A stretch of DNA of 60,333 bases, the filler included. It is 9 parts of 9 records of this genome, joined end to end, with 100 filler letters (N's around TTAATTAATTAA, not from the genome) between each part and the next. Parts side by side here need not be neighbours in the genome. Positions count along the whole stretch, not along the records: positions 40,522 to 46,297 come from SRR31147125_68424; positions 46,398 to 55,083 come from SRR31147125_68441; 7 more parts are not named here. One strand, written 5' to 3'. A program made the position numbers and the translations under genes. This document shows, piece after piece, positions 41,071-51,804 of the stretch. The stretch's first letter is position 1. Each line of letters begins with the position of its first letter. A model generated the notes under the pieces. It did no database searches and was not told the DNA's origin. It saw nothing but the letters and a program-made list of their open reading frames with translations.

Positions 41071-43191
41071 CTACTCCCGGGGAATCCTCAGGATAAACTC
41101 GCTTCCTTCTTCATATTCGGGATTCAGAATAATCGAACCGTGATACCGGCTGACCATCCCGTAAACAATGGACAGGCCGAGGCCTGTTCCCTGACCGACC
41201 GGTTTGGTTGTGAAAAAGGGGTCATAGATTCTGGACCGGAGTTCCTCGGGGATTCCGGGACCGTCATCTCTGATATGTATGACAAGATAAGATAATCCCT
41301 CAATGGTTTCATTGTAAAGAAAAAGTTCAATATGCCCGGTGTTTCCTACGGCCTGAACAGCGTTATTCAGCAGATTAATGAGAATCTGCTGCAGCTGTCC
41401 TTCCGGCATGCCAGTCTGAAGGCTTTCCGTATTGTCCGTCAGTGTATACCGGATGCCGGGTGTCTCCCGCAGGATGTAGAACATATACTTGTCGATCCGG
41501 TCCAGCAGGGACTTTCCCGAACGGGGCTCCCCGGGATCGGAAACGGTTCCGTTAAAACTCATCAGATTGCGGATAATTGCGGCGATCCGGTCCGCCTCCT
41601 GACGGATCCAGTTGAGAGCCGTCAGGTCCTCCTCCTCTGTCAGAGAGTCCCGGATGTTATTGACATTGCCGATGATGGAGTTCAGGGGATTGTTGATTTC
41701 ATGAGCCACTCCGGCGGTCAGTATAGAGAGGGAGTTCAGTTTCTCCGCCTGAAGGAGCTGGGATTCCATCTGCTCCCGGGAGGTCTCATCCTCAATCATC
41801 ATGATACAGGAGAAATCCTCCTCACTCTCCGTCCGGGGAAGGGGATACAGCCTGATATCAAAGAGCTTCCCCCCGGCCGTACGGCTCAGGTGTTCAAACC
41901 GGCGGATGCGGCCGATCCGGATCTTCTCCAGGTTTTCCCGGAGGGAGACATCCCAGAAGGAAAGGTTCTCGGGCTCCGGCTGTTCTGCGGAACAAAAATC
42001 GGGACACAGCTTTCTGAAAGAGGTATTGGTTCTGGAGATTTTCCGGTCCCTGTCAATAATGGCAATCCCCTCCTGAATGGACTCGATGATCCGTTCGTTG
42101 AAGTCGCTCAGGAATGTGATCTCCCGGATATATTTCTCCTGCTTCACCGCATCATTCCGCAGCCCTTCAGCCATCCGGTTGAATCCGTCATACAGGTGCA
42201 GGATCTCGGGGATCCGGCCGGCGGTATTCACCCGGGGATACCGCCCGTCCTTGATCAGTTCCATGGCGGCCGACAACTCCCGGACCGGACGGGAGATGGT
42301 TCTGGAGATGAACAGGCTGAGGATCAGCCCCAGGGCGGCACAGACAATACTGATAATGAGAAACTGATTCTGGATGGCTGTCATCCTCTCCTTGATGGAC
42401 AGATTCTGGGACATGATACTCACATTGACCGGAGTCTGCCGGTCCTCCAGCTCCCCTATGTTATGAAGCAGGATATTGTAGTTTTTACTGTAGAAGGGAA
42501 CATCATAGAAGATCTCGGAATCCTCCGTCCCCGTCCAGGAACGGTGGAGCCGGATCAGACCCTCCTCATAAAACTCCGGTTCCAGAGTCCCCGCAACGGC
42601 GGTCTCTCCGACGGTCAGCAGGATCTCCGACGAGGTGTTGTAACTCATATCCTTGCAGAACAGGTTATCCAGTTTCTTGATCAGATTCACCACAACCGTC
42701 CGGTCACCGGGATGCAGCTTCTCGATCCTCAGGGAACCCGTCATATATAAAGCGCCGCCATTCTCCTTCAGGATGATACTGGGATGCCACTTGCCCTCAT
42801 AGAAGGGGAGGCTTTCAAAGGGGATCTCTCCGTAGGGATTCTTCAGGTTTAATCCGAAGACCCCGCGGCTGTCGCGGATGGTCAGGTAGTCCAGGTTCTC
42901 GGTATGAATTTCCTTCAGCATGGCCGGGAGAAGATCCCCGGTCGCCGTCCCGGGATTCCTGCCCAGAGCCATCACATCCGTATAACTCAGGTGGGTCAGA
43001 TCCTGCCAGATCATCTGGTTGATCTGGGTATAGTGATTGTCGATGATTTCCCGGGCGCTGTTCAGCGTAATGGCACCGTCCTTCTGGCTGTACCTCGTCA
43101 GAGAGATGGCCAGAAAGTTGAAGGCCAGCAGGGTCTGAATAAAGACAATGCCGGCTATGGACAGATAGGTTCGGGTTATGAGTTTCAACAA
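41071..43191 (-). CDS. Sensor histidine kinase (periplasmic, HAMP, PAS, HisKA, HATPase)
   Basis: AGVAHEINNPL, NLLNNA, DDGPGI, FFTTK, GTGLGL. Confidence 0.95.
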   Translation of the reverse strand: MLKLITRTYLSIAGIVFIQTLLAFNFLAISLTRYSQKDGAITLNSAREIIDNHYTQINQMIWQDLTHLSYTDVMALGRNPGTATGDLLPAMLKEIHTENLDYLTIRDSRGVFGLNLKNPYGEIPFESLPFYEGKWHPSIILKENGGALYMTGSLRIEKLHPGDRTVVVNLIKKLDNLFCKDMSYNTSSEILLTVGETAVAGTLEPEFYEEGLIRLHRSWTGTEDSEIFYDVPFYSKNYNILLHNIGELEDRQTPVNVSIMSQNLSIKERMTAIQNQFLIISIVCAALGLILSLFISRTISRPVRELSAAMELIKDGRYPRVNTAGRIPEILHLYDGFNRMAEGLRNDAVKQEKYIREITFLSDFNERIIESIQEGIAIIDRDRKISRTNTSFRKLCPDFCSAEQPEPENLSFWDVSLRENLEKIRIGRIRRFEHLSRTAGGKLFDIRLYPLPRTESEEDFSCIMMIEDETSREQMESQLLQAEKLNSLSILTAGVAHEINNPLNSIIGNVNNIRDSLTEEEDLTALNWIRQEADRIAAIIRNLMSFNGTVSDPGEPRSGKSLLDRIDKYMFYILRETPGIRYTLTDNTESLQTGMPEGQLQQILINLLNNAVQAVGNTGHIELFLYNETIEGLSYLVIHIRDDGPGIPEELRSRIYDPFFTTKPVGQGTGLGLSIVYGMVSRYHGSIILNPEYEEGSEFILRIPRE

Positions 43192-43203
43192 ACTCTCCTC
43201 AAA

Positions 43204-44433
43204 TCAGACTTCCGGATCCTCCAGATGGTCAAAACCGGTCTGCGCCCTGACCTTCAGACTGCTGCCGCCGGTACCGTTCAGGATCAGAGCTCCTTCCGCC
43301 GCCTCCATCCCGCAGATACCCCGGTCCAGACCATCTCCCTCATAGGGGAAAAAAGCCGTGGCATAGCAGAGAGTCCGGGTCTCTCCCGGCGGCAGGATCA
43401 GAAAAGTCGGATTCCCCAGAAGTTCGGGATGACCGACCGCCTCCCCCAGGCCGTTGGCAAAATATCCGGTGGCATTTTCCGCTCCCAGACAGAAGGACCG
43501 GTCGGTTCCTCCGTCTGCCGCCGCCCAGGGCTGATACTCCCGGCCGCCGTAATTCATCCAGTAATCATAGAAATACAGGGGTATCCCGTCCTCCTGCAGC
43601 GCCGCCGGACCGGGAAACCAGGAGAGATACACCATCTTCTGACGGGGATTCACAATAGAGCTCCACCCGAGTCGGCTCTCCTGAGGAACCGCGGCAGTCA
43701 GAAAATCCGTAGAACCGGAAACTCCCGGCACGACCGACAGATCGACGGTTCCGCCGGACCGGAGGGGAACGGCCTTCATGGTATCACACTCTGCGCCGAA
43801 TGCAAGCCGTCCGGTAGAGTCAAGCTCGCTTCCCTCGGGGGGAACGGCAAACCGTTCGGCGTTGTTGCTGATAATACAGCCCGATTCCAGAAAGGGAGCA
43901 CCGACGGTGTTGTGCCAGCCGCAGTTGAACTTTTCCGGCCTCTCCCCTGTATTGGTGATTTCCAGACGGGTGTAATGAACATTTTCTCCCCGGCGGACCA
44001 GATCCGTTTTCCTGTACCGGAAGGGGTGCTTCCCGGCACTCTGTTCCCAGACCGCGGCGGCATGGGTCTCGCTGCTTTCCAGTGAAACCGGCTGCCAGAT
44101 CCGGTCGCAGCAGAAGCCGTGAGGCGGCAGTTCATATCCTTCCGCCTGATGTCCCGGACCGAAGTTCGGGCAACAGGGAAAAGTCCCGGCAATATCATAG
44201 AGAAGGGGGACCTTCCAGAACGGTTCATGATCCGCAGGATTCCAGGTCCGGCCGGAGTTGGCCCGGAACCAGGGCTGCCAGTGAGCGTTGATCCACCGCC
44301 CGCCGTTCCGGCTGCTGAGTTCGGGTACCATACCCTTATCCCTGTTGATGACTGTTCTGAATGTTTCGTTCTCCAGAAGGACACTGTCTCTGTTACCGAT
44401 ATCCGTTGTTCCGACCGCTTTCATTTCATCCAC
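43204..44433 (-). CDS. Hypothetical protein, probable galactose-mutarotase-like fold
   Basis: LPPHG and GWHNTVG His motifs, C-terminal ILPPGETR; sugar-locus context. Confidence 0.55.
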   Translation of the reverse strand: MDEMKAVGTTDIGNRDSVLLENETFRTVINRDKGMVPELSSRNGGRWINAHWQPWFRANSGRTWNPADHEPFWKVPLLYDIAGTFPCCPNFGPGHQAEGYELPPHGFCCDRIWQPVSLESSETHAAAVWEQSAGKHPFRYRKTDLVRRGENVHYTRLEITNTGERPEKFNCGWHNTVGAPFLESGCIISNNAERFAVPPEGSELDSTGRLAFGAECDTMKAVPLRSGGTVDLSVVPGVSGSTDFLTAAVPQESRLGWSSIVNPRQKMVYLSWFPGPAALQEDGIPLYFYDYWMNYGGREYQPWAAADGGTDRSFCLGAENATGYFANGLGEAVGHPELLGNPTFLILPPGETRTLCYATAFFPYEGDGLDRGICGMEAAEGALILNGTGGSSLKVRAQTGFDHLEDPEV

Positions 44434-44517
44434 CTCCTTACGCTGCTGTCATAATACAGGGAGACCCTCAGATTGTATCTCTTTCCGGGATCAATCTCAG
44501 AACCATGTACACAATTA

Positions 44518-45231
44518 TCAAATCTGCGAATACCCTTGAGCCTTTCTGACTGTCGTTCCCCGGAGAGCCGGGTAATCCCCCACCAGATAGTGCAGGATCC
44601 CGCAGTCCTCCTCAATCCCGGGAAACCGGCCGACAGGTTCGTAGAAGCGGTTATCCATTGAATCGTCATTCACCCGGCTGACCTCTCCGGCAAGAACGGA
44701 TCCGGTCCCTTCGGCTCCGTAGAACCGGTGATATACACGGGGTTCCAGACAGAGACTCTGTCCGGGCTTGAGAGCAATCTGTTCTCCTGCTCGTATCCTG
44801 TACCGGAGATCGTCGATCATAATCTCCAGAGGTTCCTCCGATAGCGCCTCCTTCTCGTCGGACTTGTAAAGATTGAACAGGAGAGTCCCCCCTCCCCGGT
44901 TGATGATGTCTTCCATCTTGTTCCGGTGAAAATGCAGAGGCGTCTCCTGATTCTCCCGGACCATCATGATTTTTTCCGCATAGGTTTTTCCCGAATCCCC
45001 GGGAGAGCCGTTTCGCAGGGTAAAAAGGAAGAGGCCCCGCCTGTGATAATCTCCTGATCCGAAATCCGTAATATCCCAGCCCAGATTATGGTCGAAAATA
45101 CTGCTGCACAGCTCCAGATTGTTCTCCCACTCCTCTCTCCCCCAGAATGCCCACTCCGGAAGAGACCAGGAAAAGGTGTTCATAAACGCCAGGGCATCTT
45201 TCATGATTCCGTTGATTTCGCTTCTTTTCAT
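44518..45231 (-). CDS. D-lyxose/D-mannose family sugar isomerase (cupin)
   Basis: MKRSEIN, LGWDITDFG, YAEK, PLHFHRNKMEDIINRGGG, GEVSRVNDD. Confidence 0.92.
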   Translation of the reverse strand: MKRSEINGIMKDALAFMNTFSWSLPEWAFWGREEWENNLELCSSIFDHNLGWDITDFGSGDYHRRGLFLFTLRNGSPGDSGKTYAEKIMMVRENQETPLHFHRNKMEDIINRGGGTLLFNLYKSDEKEALSEEPLEIMIDDLRYRIRAGEQIALKPGQSLCLEPRVYHRFYGAEGTGSVLAGEVSRVNDDSMDNRFYEPVGRFPGIEEDCGILHYLVGDYPALRGTTVRKAQGYSQI

Positions 45232-45258
45232 CTCTCGTTCCTCATTGATCTATTTTCT

Positions 45259-45276
45259 TGCTAACCCTGGTTAGCA
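45259..45276. promoter_or_regulatory. Probable LacI-family operator
   Basis: TGCTAACC-CT-GGTTAGCA palindrome between the divergent isomerase and lacI genes. Confidence 0.7.
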
Positions 45277-45285
45277 TGGTATCTC

Positions 45286-45314
45286 TTGTAATTGGAACCC
45301 GCAAGATGTAAATT
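45286..45314 (+). promoter_or_regulatory. Promoter of lacI (probably leaderless transcript)
   Basis: TTGTAA-17-TAAATT with ATG 7 nt downstream, no SD. Confidence 0.5.
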
Positions 45315-45320
45315 GAAAAC

Positions 45321-46297
45321 ATGAGAAAAACCATGAAGGATCTGGCGGAAGAACTCGGGATTTCCCGCACCACTGTCTCTCTTGTTCTCAAAGGAAAAGG
45401 GGATCAGTACAGAATCAGCAGGGAGACTCAGGAAAAAATCCTCGGACTGGTAAAAGAGCGGAAGTTTAAGCCCAACTTCTTTGCCCAGGGACTGAACAGA
45501 AGCAGTACCAGGACCATCGGCATCGTCTTCCCCGATGTATTTGAAGAATTCATGGTTGAGATGATCCGGGGTATCGGAGAAGTCCTCACAGCAGACGGCT
45601 ACACGATGATTCTCATGACCAGCCGGTTCCGGACAGAGAATGAAAGGAAGAATCTGGAGGAGCTGATCTACAGGGGAACCGACGGGATCCTGATGGTCCC
45701 CACCTGCGGCTACAGGGGAGAAGAGGAAGACCGGAACCACCTGAAGAAGGCCGGAGCCTCCGGAATCCCCATGGTGATGGCAGACCGGATTCCGGCTTTC
45801 TGGGAGGGTCCCTCGGTCCTGCAGGACGACCGGTCCGGCGGAATCCTGGCGGCGGACCATCTGAAGAGATCCGGATGCAGCCGGTTCCTGACGGTCTCTC
45901 TGGACCTGACGGCTTCCTCCATTCTGGAGAGACGGGAGGGATTCACCTCGGTCCTTCCCCGGTCGGACAGCATCCTTCTGAAACAGCAGGATCCCCGCAG
46001 CGGGGATCTGAAAGAGGCGCTGGGCCGGTATGTTACGGAACACTCTCCTACAGAGGAAACCCCTCTGGGGATCTTTGTCACCACCGCCGGACTGGCCATT
46101 CGTGTACGGGATCTTCTGGAAGAGCAAGGGTTCTCCCTGAACCGGGAGTTCCGGATTATCCGGTTCGGCCGGGATCCGGCGGGATACCGGAGCGGCATGG
46201 CCGGCATCATACAGCCCCACTATGAGATGGGCCGCAGAAGCGCCTCCATGCTTCTGGATATGATAAAAAATCCGGACAGTGACATCAATTCTGAAAA
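45321..46297 (+). CDS. LacI-family regulator, 3' truncated
   Basis: TMKDLAEELGISRTTVSLVL HTH, PNFFAQGL hinge. Confidence 0.93.
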
Positions 46298-46397
46298 NNN
46301 NNNNNNNNNNNNNNNNNNNNNNNNNNNNNNNNNNNNNNNNNTTAATTAATTAANNNNNNNNNNNNNNNNNNNNNNNNNNNNNNNNNNNNNNNNNNNN
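46298..46397. other. Artificial contig linker
   Basis: N-run, TTAATTAATTAA, N-run. Confidence 0.99.
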
Positions 46398-47079
46398 AGG
46401 AGTATTTAAATGGAGTGGTTTAATTGAATATAAAACCCCGGGAGGAGGCACAAATACGTATCCTTTTGAAACTGAATATCAGGTTTCGAAACCTACTGTT
46501 ACAATGTCGGCCTCAAAAATGAATGTATTTTATAAAGGTTTGGAAAATCCATTCGAGGTTGGTGGCGGAGCAATACCAAATGAAAATCTTGATGTTACAA
46601 TGACCAACGGTAAGGTAACAAAGAGAGGCGATGTTTATGTTATTGAGCCAACGAATATTGATGAAAACGCCAGGAATACCAAAGTTTCTGTTTATGCAAA
46701 TATCGGTGGCGAGCGTCGATTAATTGGAACCACCGATTGGAGGGTAAAACAGGTGCCAGATCCTGTTGCGCAAGTGGATGGAAAATCGGGAGGAGACATT
46801 AGAAAAGAAATGTTGAAAATACAAGATGGTATATTGGCTGTTCTTGAAGATTTCGACTTTGAATTTAAATATACAATAACAGAATTTACGGTTGAAACTA
46901 CCGATGCTGGTGGTTATACGAATCGTTATCCTGCAAAAGGCAACCGATTTACTGCAGAACAGAAAAGTGCTTTTGATAGAGTTAGTATAAATAGTTGGGT
47001 ATATGTTGGAGATATTAAAGCTGTTGGAGATGATGGCTCAACCAGGGAATTAGACCCAATCTCTTTTAAAATAAAATAG
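46398..47079 (+). CDS. gldM: T9SS/gliding motor protein GldM/PorM, C-terminal part
   Basis: SASKMNVFYKGLENP, RVKQVPDP, LEDFDF. Confidence 0.88.
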
Positions 47080-47086
47080 AAGAATT

Positions 47087-47938
47087 ATGAGGAAGTTAAT
47101 AGTTTATTTCGGAATTGTTGTATTTGCATTGAGCTTTGTGCCACAGCGCACTAACGCACAGCTTGTGAATGGAGCTTTTAAACAAGCCGATATTTACCAG
47201 AAAAAACCAATGCCATTGGTTACTGTTCGCGAAGCGGATGTTTTTTGGTCTAAAAAACTTTGGAGAATTATCGACCTCCGCGAGAAAATGAATATTCCGC
47301 TTTACTATCCATCAACCGAAATGGAAGGACGGACTAACTTGATTAATTTGTTGTTAGAAGGTGTAGAAACCGGGCAATTAACACCATACGATGCTCAGGC
47401 TGATGACGACTTTAAAATACCGATGAGTTATTCTCAGGTAAAAGCCAGGTTTGGTGCTGAAGCTTCGGTTCAGGAGAAGATTAACTTCGATACCGGGGAG
47501 AAAGAAAAAGTTACGGTACAGGGAGGAATCAGACCCAATGAAATTAAACAGTATATGCTGAAAGAAGAATGGTACTTCGACAAACAGACTTCAGCAATGC
47601 ACGTTCGTATATTGGGAATTTGCCCAATTCGTGAATATGTACGAGAAGGTGATGCATCGGGACAAGTGCAGTACCAAAAAGTATTTTGGATTTACTATCC
47701 TGAAGCTCGCCCATTACTTGCTACAAATTTAGTGCAGAATCCCTATAACGATGCACGTCAGAATAGCTTCGACGATATTTTTATAAAGAGAATGTTTAGC
47801 AGTTATATTGTTAAAGAGTCTAATGTGTATAATAATCGTAATATTGGTAGTTATTTGATGGGTAAAGAGGCGATGTTAGAATCGAAACGTATTGAAAATA
47901 AAATATTCAATTTCGAGCAAGACCTTTGGGAATACTAA
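47087..47938 (+). CDS. gldN: T9SS/gliding protein GldN/PorN
   Basis: VREADVFWSKKLWRIIDLREKMN.PLYYP, KEEWYFDKQ, FEQDLWEY. Confidence 0.93.
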   Translation: MRKLIVYFGIVVFALSFVPQRTNAQLVNGAFKQADIYQKKPMPLVTVREADVFWSKKLWRIIDLREKMNIPLYYPSTEMEGRTNLINLLLEGVETGQLTPYDAQADDDFKIPMSYSQVKARFGAEASVQEKINFDTGEKEKVTVQGGIRPNEIKQYMLKEEWYFDKQTSAMHVRILGICPIREYVREGDASGQVQYQKVFWIYYPEARPLLATNLVQNPYNDARQNSFDDIFIKRMFSSYIVKESNVYNNRNIGSYLMGKEAMLESKRIENKIFNFEQDLWEY

Positions 47939-47960
47939 TATTTTAAATTAAAATATATAT

Positions 47961-47989
47961 GGCCTTATGGAAACATAAGGCTTTTTTTG
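47961..47989 (+). terminator. Intrinsic terminator after gldN
   Basis: GGCCTTATG-GAAA-CATAAGGC plus T-run. Confidence 0.8.
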
Positions 47990-48048
47990 AAGCAATTTTA
48001 ATTACAGTTTTTCGTTTAAATAGCAATATCGGACGAGTTGATTAAAGC

Positions 48049-49401
48049 ATGAAGAAATTATATCCATATTTATTTTTGGCGGCAGTGATGCTTCTTTCTT
48101 CATGTCAAAAAGATCCGGTAAACAAATACTTACTGTTGGGGAAAACAGATAGGGACCAATGGTTTGAGCCAACTCCGTTTGGAATGGCTTATGTTGAACG
48201 AGGATCATTCAATCTTGGTGCTAACGATAACGAATTATTGGAGCAATCTCCGGTTAAAACCGTTTCAACCGAGGCCTTTTGGATTGACGATACCGAGATT
48301 ACAAATAACGAATACCGACAGTTTGTATACTGGGTTCGCGATAAAAAAGCAAGAGAGTTGCTCGGTCAAACTTTTACCGATTTTTTAGTAACAACCGATA
48401 AATATGGGGCTCCACTTGACGAACCTGAAATTAATTGGGACGAAAGAATTGAATGGGACGACCCGGAATACCAAATGGCACTTGAGGAAATGTATGTTCC
48501 CGAGTCGGAGCGTTTTGGTTTTATTAGAGAAATTGATGCCCGAAAATTAGCTTACGAATATTACTGGATTGATTTTAAACAGGCTGCACAACGAAGGAAT
48601 AGTTATAACTTCGAAACACAACGTTACGAAGGTAATGTGGTGAACGAGAAAGGCGAATTGGTTCCAATTGAAAACCGACGTTCGTTTCTTATGCGCGAAT
48701 CGGTACCTGTTTATCCAGACACTTTATGCTGGATTCGCGATTTTACATACTCCTACAACGAGCCTTTAACGATGAAATATTTCTCTCATCCCGGATTCGA
48801 CGATTATCCTGTGGTGGGAGTGACATGGAAACAGGCCAATGCATTTTGTAATTGGCGTTCCAATTTGAAATTAATAACATCAGATCGTTTTAAGGAGGCA
48901 CCGGCGCATGATTTCAGACTACCCACAGAAACAGAGTGGGAAATTGCCGCTCGTGGTGGAATGCAGAATAATATGTATCCGTGGGGAAGTTATTATACGC
49001 GTAATGTTGATGGCTGTTTTGTGGCTAATTTTAAGCCCTTACGCGGTAATTATGTTTCTGATAGTCCAACTACCGCAACAACAATGAAAGTTGGAGAATT
49101 TGATCCTAATCCATACGGAGTTTACGATATGGCAGGTAATGTTGCAGAATGGACATCGACAGCATATTTCGAGGCTGGGTACAATCAGATTGATGACTTT
49201 AATCCGGAATTGCAGTATGATGCGCGCCCTGATGATCCTCCGGTTATGAAACGCAAGGTGGTTCGTGGCGGTTCGTGGAAAGATGTGGCTTATTTTATTC
49301 AGACTTCTACACGAACTTTCGAATACCAGGATACCTCAAAGTCATACGTTGGTTTCCGCTGTGTACGTACCTCTTTCAGAAACGATTTGCAGAATCACTA
49401 A
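48049..49401 (+). CDS. gldK: GldK/PorK-like lipoprotein (FGE-sulfatase fold)
   Basis: LSSC lipobox, TEITNNEYRQFVYWVRD, YPDTLCWIRDF, DMAGNVAEW, RGGSWKD, GFRCV. Confidence 0.8.
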   Translation: MKKLYPYLFLAAVMLLSSCQKDPVNKYLLLGKTDRDQWFEPTPFGMAYVERGSFNLGANDNELLEQSPVKTVSTEAFWIDDTEITNNEYRQFVYWVRDKKARELLGQTFTDFLVTTDKYGAPLDEPEINWDERIEWDDPEYQMALEEMYVPESERFGFIREIDARKLAYEYYWIDFKQAAQRRNSYNFETQRYEGNVVNEKGELVPIENRRSFLMRESVPVYPDTLCWIRDFTYSYNEPLTMKYFSHPGFDDYPVVGVTWKQANAFCNWRSNLKLITSDRFKEAPAHDFRLPTETEWEIAARGGMQNNMYPWGSYYTRNVDGCFVANFKPLRGNYVSDSPTTATTMKVGEFDPNPYGVYDMAGNVAEWTSTAYFEAGYNQIDDFNPELQYDARPDDPPVMKRKVVRGGSWKDVAYFIQTSTRTFEYQDTSKSYVGFRCVRTSFRNDLQNH

Positions 49402-49507
49402 TCTTTTTTCGGTCTCCATCCTTTTTATCTTCCACTTTTCTAATCTACTGTTATTTTAGCGTAAAGATATGAAGTGAAAGAAATCGGTAGCAGAAAGTAT
49501 ATCGCTG

Positions 49508-51351
49508 TTAGAAAATGAAATTTACCCCTCCAAAGACTGTTGTTTTAGGCATGGTATAATATCGGTTAACTTCATACTCGGTACCCAGTAAATTTTCGCC
49601 ACTAACATAAAGTTTTACATTTCGTGTTAAATTGTACATTGCTTTTGCATTTAGCAAAGTATAGCTCTCTAAATTGGTAACAGACGATGATGAGTCATTA
49701 TCTAAATCAACTACTCTTTGGAAACTGGCATTTAACTGTAGTTTTTTTAAGCGATAGTGTGCGTTTAAAAACAAATGATGTTTTGGAGTGACAAATACCG
49801 GCTCTTTCATATTAATATAACTGTAAGTAGCACGAACACTCAGGTTTTTAAATGGTTCTGCGTCCATTGCAAATTCAATTCCCTTATTCGAAACGTCTCC
49901 CGTGTTCATATAGCCCTCAGATGTCCCGGTGTTTACTATCAGGTTATCTGCTTCTATCCAGAATAAGGTTAGTTCTGCATGAGCTTTTCGGTTAAAAAAG
50001 TGCTTTGAAATACCGGTTTCGAAATTCCAAAGTTCTTCTGGTAGCAGATCCGAGTTGCTGGTGCCCCATAAAAATAGTTCACGCATTGTGGGGCTACGGA
50101 ATCCTTTAGAAACCGAAGCTTTCCAACTTGCGTCTTTTTGGTATTCGTAGGCAAAACCCAACGAAGGAATCCACTGGCTACCATACTTACTATTGTCCTG
50201 ATATCGTACCCCCCGTTAACTGTTAGTTTATTCGATAATTTTTGTTGAACAGAAGAATAAAAACCGAATTCAGTAAGTGTAGTATCGGCAAAAGTGATTC
50301 CTGCACCATTATATGCCAAAAGATTTTCGGCGAGTCCTCCATAATTCATAAAATCGAATCCAAGAGTGAGGTTATTTCCTTTAAAAAACTGAAACGATTC
50401 GTAAAGATTCACACCATAATTGTGGTCGGTGGAATGAAATCCATCAGTAATATCATGTTCTCCGAAATTATGATATATTTTTACTGCTCCCGATGCTTTT
50501 TCGTATTCATTTAAAAGAGTGAAGGCCCAGTAGCCGCGTAAAATGTCAATGGATTCTCCCGCCGATGCATTTAGTGTATCTGGTCCCGGATCTGAAGATT
50601 CAAAATCAGCCAAACTCAAATCGGCAGAAGCAAAAAAGTGTTCGTTAAACTCGTAACCCATTTTTAAATAACCATTGTTAATTTCAAATTCTGAGTTATC
50701 ACGGTGACCATCTGTTTGGTCGTGGTTTGCTGAAACAAAAGCGCTAAATTTCTTTTTCTTAAAACCGACAGAGCCCATATATTTTTGCGTGTTGTACGAG
50801 CCGTACGAAAGTCTGGCATTTCCGTGAATACCTTCCTCGTTTTGTTTTTTTGTGATGATGTTTATAACGCCACCCATTGCATTCGATCCATACAGAACCG
50901 ACGCGGGGCCACGAATAACTTCAACACGCTCAACATCCGAAGCAACATAAGAATCGGGCAGGGGATGACCCATAATTCCCATAAATTGAGGATGCCCGTC
51001 GATGAGCATTAACACCCGGGTTGTTGGGCTCCCTCCAATTCCGCGAATGGAAATTTGTCCGGCAGAGCCAGAGGCAACACCAAAACCGGTAACACCTCTT
51101 TCAGTTACGAAAAGTCCCGGAATACGGCCATTTAAAATGGGCAAAATAGCTGATTCATCACTTTCTTCAATTTGTGTGCGGTTTACTACCGATACAGCCA
51201 TGGGAATATTATTGCGATTAACTTTTACGTGCGAGCCGGTAACAACTACCTCATTAATTTTAATGGTGTCGTCGGTTATAAAATTCATTTGGGCCAAAGC
51301 TGTGTTGCAGAACAAAATCAGAATGGCGAAAAATGTGGTTTTTATTTTCAT
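49508..51351 (-). CDS. TonB-dependent receptor, frameshift at G-run 50209-50214
   Basis: EVVVTG, VEVIRGPASVLYGSNAMGGVINIIT, terminal F; one added G joins the two ORFs. Confidence 0.9.
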
Positions 51352-51357
51352 TTTTAA

Positions 51358-51385
51358 GTGTTACTTTTCTATGTTTTCGTGTTAC
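51358..51385. promoter_or_regulatory. Second NikR-type box upstream of the TonB receptor
   Basis: GTGTTAC-N14-GTGTTAC, same 28-bp geometry as 51805-51832. Confidence 0.55.
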
Positions 51386-51401
51386 TGTGTGGGCAAAAAA
51401 A

Positions 51402-51803
51402 TTATTGAGCCTTACTCATTACAAGTTTTCCGTGTTGAATTCCTTTCAAGCCGATTAATTTGTCCGATATTTCTGTGAGAATGCGTGAGGGGCCTTTTAC
51501 AGCAATAATTTCCATGAAATTCATATCGTTTAAATAGAATCCTTGAGTTGAAAGGATGTAATCTTTATACGTGAATTGAATGTCGGATGATTTTTTTAGG
51601 ATTTCGCTTTTTGCGTGATCAAAAACCAAGACAATTGCCCCGGCTACAATGTTGTCGCATTTCCATTTTTCTTCCACCATATTTTTTTCGATAAGGTGAC
51701 GAATTGCCTGCGAACGGTTGGAAAATGCATTCTCCTCCGCATAATGATCGAGGGCCATTAATAGTTCCTCGTCTAATGAAACTCCGAATCTTTTTACCGA
51801 CAT
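51402..51803 (-). CDS. nikR: NikR-family regulator lacking the Ni-binding residues
   Basis: RFGVSL...NRSQAIR ribbon-helix-helix plus ACT-like C-domain (EIIAVKG, GIQHGKL). Confidence 0.85.
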   Translation of the reverse strand: MSVKRFGVSLDEELLMALDHYAEENAFSNRSQAIRHLIEKNMVEEKWKCDNIVAGAIVLVFDHAKSEILKKSSDIQFTYKDYILSTQGFYLNDMNFMEIIAVKGPSRILTEISDKLIGLKGIQHGKLVMSKAQ

Positions 51804-51804
51804 G

